In this document: positions 51,177-57,065 of the stretch, one piece after another | Numbering within the stretch: the first letter of the stretch is position 1 | Layout of the letters: the number at the start of each line of letters is the position of its first letter | Program-made: the position numbers and the translations under genes | The notes under the pieces: model-generated | Told to the model about the DNA's origin: nothing | What the model saw: the letters and a program-made list of their open reading frames with translations, nothing else | Database searches by the model: none | NCBI GenBank assembly: GCA_051748045.1 | Contig: JBNJGY010000006.1 | Coordinates: forward strand, 1-57,065 | Direction: 5' to 3' | DNA length: 57,065 nt | Source of the DNA: Thermotogota bacterium | GTDB lineage: Bacteria; Thermotogota; Thermotogae; Petrotogales; Petrotogaceae

Positions 51177-52409
51177 TTATATAATAAAATTATTAAAAAA
51201 TAAAAACATGAAATAGCTGACTACTGCAGCAGCTGGCACAGTTAATATCCATGATAAGAATATTTCTTTTATTATTCCAGTATTTATAGACCCAACACCT
51301 CTTGCAAGACCAACACCGATTACAGATCCTATAACAGTGTGTGTGCTAGAAATAGGAATTCCTAGATTAGAAGCACCTAAAACAGTAGAAGCTGTTGAAA
51401 AATCGATTGCAAACCCTCTTGAATTATTCAATTCAGTAATATCACTACCAACAGTTTTCATAACTCTTCTACCCCATATTGCAACACCGAGTGCTATTCC
51501 AATTCCACCGAAACCAAGAATATATCTTGGGATTTCAACAGAAGAACCTACAGTTCCTGAAACAGCTGCAGCATATATAGCTGCTACTGGTCCAATTGCA
51601 TTTGCAACATCATTTGCTCCATGAGCAAGAGCTACATAACAAGAGGTAACAACTTGCGACTTTCTAAACATCTTTTCAACAAATTCTCTTGGGTCTTGAG
51701 TTGTTTTTCTTGTTTTTAATAAAACATAAAAGAAAACAATAAGCCCACCTAATGACCCAGCTAAGGCAGCCCAAATTAAAATTTTGTATGTCATGTCCAT
51801 ATGCATCGCTTTTGTAAACAAGGACAAAGTGATGATAAAAAATGTCATACCTAAAAATATTGGTATCCATACTTTAACACTTTTTTTGAGATTTTCACTA
51901 TGTAAAGTTGTTTTTGAAATCACTTTAAACATAACAAAAGACATTACTACACCTAATAAAGGCGCTATGAACCAACTTGCAATAATTGTAAAAACTTTTG
52001 ACCAAATAATAGTACTGAATCCCCCAACAGCAACTCCATATCCAATCATCCCTCCGACAATTGAATGAGTTGTTGAAACTGGCCATGAAAAATAAGTCGC
52101 AACAACTAGCCATAAAGTAGCACCTATTAGAGCTGCCATTGATCCCCAAATAACTATTTGTGGATCTGTGATCATTTCTAAATCAACAATTCCTTTTCTT
52201 ATAGTTTCAGTAACTTGACTACCGAAAAAAGTCGCACCAACAAATTCCAAAGTACCAGCAATAAAAACCGCTTGTTTTGGAGTTATAGCTTTTGCTCCAA
52301 CAGCTGTAGCCATAGAATTAGCTACATCATTAGCTCCAATAGCCAATGACATGGCAAACCCAATTGCCAAACCAATAACCAACGCAATGCTCAAAACTAT
52401 CACTCCCAT
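51177..52409 (-). CDS. pit: Inorganic phosphate transporter (PiT family)
   Basis: GANDVAN twice, PVSTTH and PISSTH. Confidence 0.93.
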   Translation of the reverse strand: MGVIVLSIALVIGLAIGFAMSLAIGANDVANSMATAVGAKAITPKQAVFIAGTLEFVGATFFGSQVTETIRKGIVDLEMITDPQIVIWGSMAALIGATLWLVVATYFSWPVSTTHSIVGGMIGYGVAVGGFSTIIWSKVFTIIASWFIAPLLGVVMSFVMFKVISKTTLHSENLKKSVKVWIPIFLGMTFFIITLSLFTKAMHMDMTYKILIWAALAGSLGGLIVFFYVLLKTRKTTQDPREFVEKMFRKSQVVTSCYVALAHGANDVANAIGPVAAIYAAAVSGTVGSSVEIPRYILGFGGIGIALGVAIWGRRVMKTVGSDITELNNSRGFAIDFSTASTVLGASNLGIPISSTHTVIGSVIGVGLARGVGSINTGIIKEIFLSWILTVPAAAVVSYFMFLFFNNFII

Positions 52410-52449
52410 TAGAAAGATTGATTTCCAAAATTAAAAATAATAAATAATG

Positions 52450-53118
52450 TTATTCATTAATCAAAATATGAATTCTATCAGTTACATTTTGCGAAAGATC
52501 AGCAATATCTGATAAAGAAAGAACTAATTTTCTTAAAAATAAAAGGTCAATTGGATTCATAGTATTTTTTTGTTGATAAATCCATCTACCAAAATCAAAT
52601 ATTTTTTCATCAATATCTTTTTCAAACCATTTCATTTCTGTTATATCATTTTCTTCATGTTGTATTGTGTCTTTTGAAAAATCTGAGTCGATTATTTTGT
52701 TCAAATATTTTACAGATCCCTTAAAAAGATCCAGCATATTTTCAACTTCGTTTACTATAGCAAGAATTTTATCCTTTGAAGAATCTTCGAGTTCTACTTT
52801 GTTTAAGGTCATCATCTTAGCTAAATCTTCTATTTTATCTGCAATTTTATCTTGAATTTCGATAAAATTCAAAAGATCAACTCTTTCAAATCTATACATA
52901 TAACCTTTTTTTAAATTTTTTCTTATATTATTTTTAATGTCGTCTGCATCATCTTCTAATTTATCTATTTCTGAAACCATTTGTGTAATGTCTTCACCGT
53001 TCAAATATTTATAGAATAAACTAGGTAAATAATCAGAAGCGTGTTCAACAACTCTAGCATGTTGAATGATTTCATGAATTGGATTAAATTTTTGAAATAC
53101 TCTACCCCATAAGCTCAT
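52450..53118 (-). CDS. DUF47 / PhoU-like phosphate transport regulator
   Basis: E-x2-AD-x-IK and D-x-IAD repeats; directly upstream of pit. Confidence 0.88.
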   Translation of the reverse strand: MSLWGRVFQKFNPIHEIIQHARVVEHASDYLPSLFYKYLNGEDITQMVSEIDKLEDDADDIKNNIRKNLKKGYMYRFERVDLLNFIEIQDKIADKIEDLAKMMTLNKVELEDSSKDKILAIVNEVENMLDLFKGSVKYLNKIIDSDFSKDTIQHEENDITEMKWFEKDIDEKIFDFGRWIYQQKNTMNPIDLLFLRKLVLSLSDIADLSQNVTDRIHILINE

Positions 53119-53133
53119 TTTTATTCCTCCCTT

Positions 53134-54144
53134 TTATTTTAATATCATTGCATCTCCAAACGAAAAGAATCTATAATTATTCTCTTTTGCTTTTTCATAG
53201 GCATTCATGATTATATCTTTGTTGGAAAAAGCTGAAACAAGAAGAAGTAATGATGATTTTGGTAAGTGAAAATTTGTTATTAATATATCTATCATTTTGA
53301 ATTCGTAAGGTGGATAAATATATATATTCGTTTTTCCCATTAAAATATCATTTCTAACAACTGATTCAAGAGTTCTCACGACAGTAGTACCTACTGCAAT
53401 TATATTTTTCCCATCTCTTTTTGCCTTTTTTATTTTATCGTATGTTTCTTTTTTAATCTCATAATATTCTTCATGTATTTCATGGTCTCTAATATCCTCT
53501 ACATCTATAGGTCTAAAAGTGCCAAGACCGACATGCAAAGTAACTTCTTCTATTTCAATGCCTTTATTCCTTATTTTTTCAAGTAACTCTTCAGTAAAAT
53601 GTAGTCCTGCAGTAGGCGCTGCTACAGCTCCATCTTTTTTTGCATATTTTGTTTGATATTTACTATCATCATCTATCTTATTAGTTATATAAGGAGGAAG
53701 TGGTGTTTCTCCAATTCTGTTTATTTCATCCCATATATTATCTCCAACAAATTTAATAATTCTAGAACCATCATCATTATGATGTGTAATCAAACCTCTT
53801 AATTTTTCTGAAAAAATTATTTCATTACTTTTTTTTATTTTACTACCTGGTTTAACCAAACATTTCCATGAATCATCTTCTTCAGTTTTTTCCATCAATA
53901 AAATTTCAACTTTTGCCCCAGTAGTTTTCTGCCCATATATTCTAGCTGGAATAACCTTTGTATTATTGACAACAAGAATATCACCCGGGTTCAAATAGTC
54001 TATAATATCTTTAAAAATTTTATTTTCTAATTCTCCTGATTTTTTATCTATTGCCATCAATTTACATTCATCTCTGGGTTCTACAGGAGTTTGAGCTATC
54101 ATTTCATCAGGTAAATGATAGTCATAATCACTAATTTTATACAT
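53134..54144 (-). CDS. queA: S-adenosylmethionine:tRNA ribosyltransferase-isomerase
   Basis: YDYHLP...IAQ-x-P, PLPPYI, AAPTAGLHF, TLHVGLGTF, TNFHLPKS, YRFFSFGDAM. Start at ATG 54144 after SD GGAGG. Confidence 0.96.
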   Translation of the reverse strand: MYKISDYDYHLPDEMIAQTPVEPRDECKLMAIDKKSGELENKIFKDIIDYLNPGDILVVNNTKVIPARIYGQKTTGAKVEILLMEKTEEDDSWKCLVKPGSKIKKSNEIIFSEKLRGLITHHNDDGSRIIKFVGDNIWDEINRIGETPLPPYITNKIDDDSKYQTKYAKKDGAVAAPTAGLHFTEELLEKIRNKGIEIEEVTLHVGLGTFRPIDVEDIRDHEIHEEYYEIKKETYDKIKKAKRDGKNIIAVGTTVVRTLESVVRNDILMGKTNIYIYPPYEFKMIDILITNFHLPKSSLLLLVSAFSNKDIIMNAYEKAKENNYRFFSFGDAMILK

Positions 54145-55132
54145 TAACAAACCTCCGTATATCAAATAACTTGTTTTTATCAAATTGATACTCACTGAAT
54201 TTATCATTAGAAATCATATAATACCCCATTTTATTAGATAAATAAGTTATTAGCTCATCAGCTGGCGAATTATAATAAACCCTTTTTCTTTCTGATAATT
54301 TTTTCAGTATTTCTCTGTCTTCATATCCAAGATAATATTCAATGTTGCGATCAAAAACAATTACAGCTGGGAAAAATGTTAATTCATCTACAAACAAACT
54401 ATCAAGCATATTGAGTAAGAGATCAATTTTATTTCTGTTTTCATATCTAATAACATTACTTCCATCAATGATTATTCCTCTTGGATTAGAACTGTTCATT
54501 AGCTTATAATGATAAAAAGAAATATTTCTTAACTGTAAATTCAACATCTGTTTTTCATAATCATCAAAAGCAACGAAAATATCCTTTAATTTTCTATAAT
54601 AAGATTTTTTTGTTTCCAAAACATTTATAGAAAGAACCTCATCCAAGAATTCTTGTATAAAAGGACTCTTTTTATCCAAAGGAACATAGTTCATCAATGC
54701 AAATAAATCTGTATAATCCTTAAATTTAAATTTTTTCAAAATAACTCTGGCATCATAAAATTCAACACCGAATTTTTTAAGATATTTATTATAGTTTCCT
54801 GGTGGATGTTTTTGAGGATAAAGAATAAATTTCAAAGTCTGTATAGTTTCATCTTTCAATTTATAAAATTTTTGCATTTCTCTGAACCTATTATCCGATG
54901 GTTTTTTCATTATATGCATTAGTAAAAATTGGAAATCATTAATGTGTTTTCTCACAATTTTCCTCTCTGCATCTCTTCCTAACACTCTAAAAACCCAAAA
55001 CATTTTTCTATCATTTAATGTCTTGGGATTTTTTAAAACAGATCTCGCTCTGTTTATCATATTTTTCATTTTTTCCTTATGTGTTTCAAACTCTTTTTCA
55101 TTTATAATATTGTTTATAGTGTTTATAGACAT
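54137..55132 (-). CDS. Protein with C-terminal NYN/PIN (Zc3h12a/Regnase-like) ribonuclease domain
   Basis: IIIDGSNV, IVFD, PADELI, MISNDKFSEY acidic catalytic pattern. Confidence 0.7.
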   Translation of the reverse strand: MSINTINNIINEKEFETHKEKMKNMINRARSVLKNPKTLNDRKMFWVFRVLGRDAERKIVRKHINDFQFLLMHIMKKPSDNRFREMQKFYKLKDETIQTLKFILYPQKHPPGNYNKYLKKFGVEFYDARVILKKFKFKDYTDLFALMNYVPLDKKSPFIQEFLDEVLSINVLETKKSYYRKLKDIFVAFDDYEKQMLNLQLRNISFYHYKLMNSSNPRGIIIDGSNVIRYENRNKIDLLLNMLDSLFVDELTFFPAVIVFDRNIEYYLGYEDREILKKLSERKRVYYNSPADELITYLSNKMGYYMISNDKFSEYQFDKNKLFDIRRFVNV

Positions 55133-56214
55133 TATGAATTAGCCCTTATTTCTAAAATGTCACCATCTTCAACTATTTCTTCTTTTCCTGCTAATTTTAC
55201 AAGACCTTTCTCTTTTAATGCTTGTTCTGACTTGTGTTCTATTAAATCTTTGTATTTCATTACTTGAGCTTTAATAAAGTTTTTTGATAATGCTGTGTGA
55301 ATCGCACCTGCTGCTTCTTTCATGTTTGTATTTTTCTTTATAGTCCAAGCTCTAACTTCGTCTTCTCCTACTGTGAAATATGAAATAAGACCTATATGAT
55401 CATAAACAACTGTAGACAATCTATCAATACCTGAACTTTTAATGTTTAGTTCTTCCATAAATTCTTTTTTCTCTTCTTCATCTAGTCCGTTGATATCTGC
55501 TTCTATCTTTCCAGATATTTCAAGGTAGGCGAGATCTAAATCTTTAACTATATTTAAAACTTCTTCTTTCCCCTCAAAATCATTGTTCACAAATTGATCT
55601 TCATCTACATTGACAACAACTATAATAGGTTTTAAAGTAAAAAGAGATAAAGAAGAAATGAGTCTTTTTTCCTCTTCAGATAAATCAATATCTTTAGCAA
55701 ATTTTTCTTCATTTAATACTTCACTGATTTTTGTAATTATTTCATATTCTTTTTGTTCCTCTTTAGTTGCCTTGTTTTTCTTTATTGCAATATCTAATCT
55801 CTCTATTCTTTTTTCTACAACCTCTATATCTCTGAAAATCATTTCTGAAATCAAAGTATTCAACTGTTTTAAAGGGGTTTCATTTTCTTCTGGAAATGGA
55901 ACCTGATCGTTTTCAAAAGCCCTTAAAACTAAAACCATAGCATCAACATTTTGAATCATCTGCAAAATCCTTGATTTTTCTTTAATATCAGCTTTAGCAT
56001 CAAAGCTTGGAATATCCACAAGATTTATTGTCGCATATGTAGTCTTTTTAGGATTATACATTTTTGACAAATTAGTAATTCTTTCGTCTTTCACTAAAGC
56101 TACTTTTTCTTCTGCTTCTGATTTATAACTTGGGTCAAAATCTTGTTCTGTAAGCAGAGAGAACATTGTTGTTTTTCCACTCATGGGTAATCCAAAAATC
56201 CCTATTTTCATCAT
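55132..56214 (-). CDS. ychF: YchF/Ola1-family ATPase, divergent
   Basis: GLPMSGKT, V-x-DER...YNPKK, NVDE (G4), SYFTVGEDEVRAWT, AAGAIH, TGS domain. Confidence 0.85.
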   Translation of the reverse strand: MMKIGIFGLPMSGKTTMFSLLTEQDFDPSYKSEAEEKVALVKDERITNLSKMYNPKKTTYATINLVDIPSFDAKADIKEKSRILQMIQNVDAMVLVLRAFENDQVPFPEENETPLKQLNTLISEMIFRDIEVVEKRIERLDIAIKKNKATKEEQKEYEIITKISEVLNEEKFAKDIDLSEEEKRLISSLSLFTLKPIIVVVNVDEDQFVNNDFEGKEEVLNIVKDLDLAYLEISGKIEADINGLDEEEKKEFMEELNIKSSGIDRLSTVVYDHIGLISYFTVGEDEVRAWTIKKNTNMKEAAGAIHTALSKNFIKAQVMKYKDLIEHKSEQALKEKGLVKLAGKEEIVEDGDILEIRANS

Positions 56215-56669
56215 TCAACCTCCTGGTTTATCGCTTCATATATATCGATATCATTATTTATTTTAATTTTTAAATCTCTTTTACTAATATCTTCATTTGA
56301 ATAATCTATAAATATTTCAATGTTTTTTTCGGGTTTTAAATAATCTAAATAATCTGCCCATTCTATTAAGTAAATATCTTCTTTATCTGCAAAAAGATCT
56401 ATATATTCTATCTCATATGGATCCTGAATCCTATATAAATCTATATGATGAATTCTTGGTCTTTCTCCATATATATTTTCGATTGCAAAAGTTGGAGAGG
56501 TTACCATAGCGTTTTTTATTCTACTTCCTATAAAATATTTTGAAAAAGTTGTCTTTCCTGTTCCAAGATCACCATATAATAAAATAACATGACCATCTCT
56601 CAAATTATTAGAAAGAGCTTTTGCAATTTTAGATATTTTTATCTCGTCAATATTTTTAAATTCTAAAAT
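56211..56669 (-). CDS. tsaE: tRNA threonylcarbamoyladenosine biosynthesis ATPase
   Basis: GDLGTGKT, VTSPTF, HIDLYR, IEW. Start proposed at ATT 56669 after SD GGAGG; the ORF track start is TTG 56603. Confidence 0.88.
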   Translation of the reverse strand: MLEFKNIDEIKISKIAKALSNNLRDGHVILLYGDLGTGKTTFSKYFIGSRIKNAMVTSPTFAIENIYGERPRIHHIDLYRIQDPYEIEYIDLFADKEDIYLIEWADYLDYLKPEKNIEIFIDYSNEDISKRDLKIKINNDIDIYEAINQEVE

Positions 56670-56681
56670 AACTCTTCCTCC

Positions 56682-57065
56682 TCAACCTTTTACAACATTT
56701 TTAGCTTCTTTTCCAGCTAAAACTGCATCGATATCCCTTGCTACCATCATAGACATTTCATCTCTCGTTTCTTTAGAAGCACTACCTATGTGTGGAGCAA
56801 CTACAACGTTGTCTAATTCAAGAAGTTTTTCGTTCACTTCAGGCTCAAATTCAAAAACATCTAAGCCTGCAGCAGCAATCTCTTTTTTCTCTAATTTTTC
56901 TGCAAGATAAGATTCATCTATAACTTTCCCCCTTGATGTATTAACTAAGACAGCATTTTTCTTTATTTTATCTAATTTTTCTTTATCAAGCATATGATCT
57001 GTTTCAGGTGTTAAAGGTACATTCAAAGAAATAAAATCAGCATTTTCAAGTATTTCATCTACTTC
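56682..57065 (-). CDS. C-terminal part of a D-2-hydroxyacid (glyoxylate/D-glycerate) dehydrogenase, truncated by the window edge
   Basis: ADFISLNVPL, VNTSRG, GLDVFEFEP, APHIGSA. Confidence 0.9.
   Translation of the reverse strand, partial: EVDEILENADFISLNVPLTPETDHMLDKEKLDKIKKNAVLVNTSRGKVIDESYLAEKLEKKEIAAAGLDVFEFEPEVNEKLLELDNVVVAPHIGSASKETRDEMSMMVARDIDAVLAGKEAKNVVKG

Noticed and set aside
2054-55906. Many short antisense or alternate-frame ORFs in the track (e.g. 2789-3028, 13371-13736, 17730-18245, 39487-39915)
   Set aside because: They lie within well-supported genes, show no family motifs, and are expected shadows of biased codon usage.
56682-56684. Selenocysteine recoding of the in-frame TGA between the dehydrogenase and tsaE
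   Set aside because: The TGA is at the natural dehydrogenase C-terminus, no SECIS-like hairpin follows, and an SD right after it favours separate initiation.
1-57065. CRISPR array, tRNA/rRNA, IS or prophage genes
   Set aside because: No spaced direct repeats, GC-rich structural RNA, transposase, integrase or phage motifs were recognised by eye.

Overview
A very AT-rich, gene-dense stretch of a bacterial chromosome. Gene content suggests Thermotogota, probably Petrotogales (PolC next to ruvC, class II NrdJ, HcpR/Hcp, FlaG, secreted binding protein without a lipobox); this taxonomy is inference. About 40 CDSs are present: an HcpR-DUF438/PAS-hcp nitrosative-stress locus with a putative outer-membrane beta-barrel gene; an osmotic cluster (two HD-GYP sensors, MscS, an ArsB/NhaD-type permease, an OpuA/ProU ABC transporter); MFS, MATE, MBL hydrolase and rlmD; a 4-gene accessory block (alpha/beta hydrolase, membrane protein, kinase-like protein, patatin); pyrR, glgP, nrdJ with tandem NrdR boxes, pepP; ruvC-polC-hypothetical-DMT; cysE-cysK, clpX-tsaD, a secreted GH13 amylase, dus; and a long minus-strand run (2-hydroxyacid dehydrogenase, tsaE, ychF, NYN RNase, queA, DUF47, pit, STAND-type diguanylate cyclase, PHP, flaG). 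No rRNA, tRNA, CRISPR array or transposase was recognised. Best novelty candidates: (1) the 353-aa gene 2 nt downstream of polC, which looks like a highly diverged beta sliding-clamp (DnaN-fold) paralogue; (2) a YchF with degenerate switch motifs, overlapping a Regnase/Zc3h12a-type NYN ribonuclease gene. All assignments come from reading motifs by eye; no searches were run.
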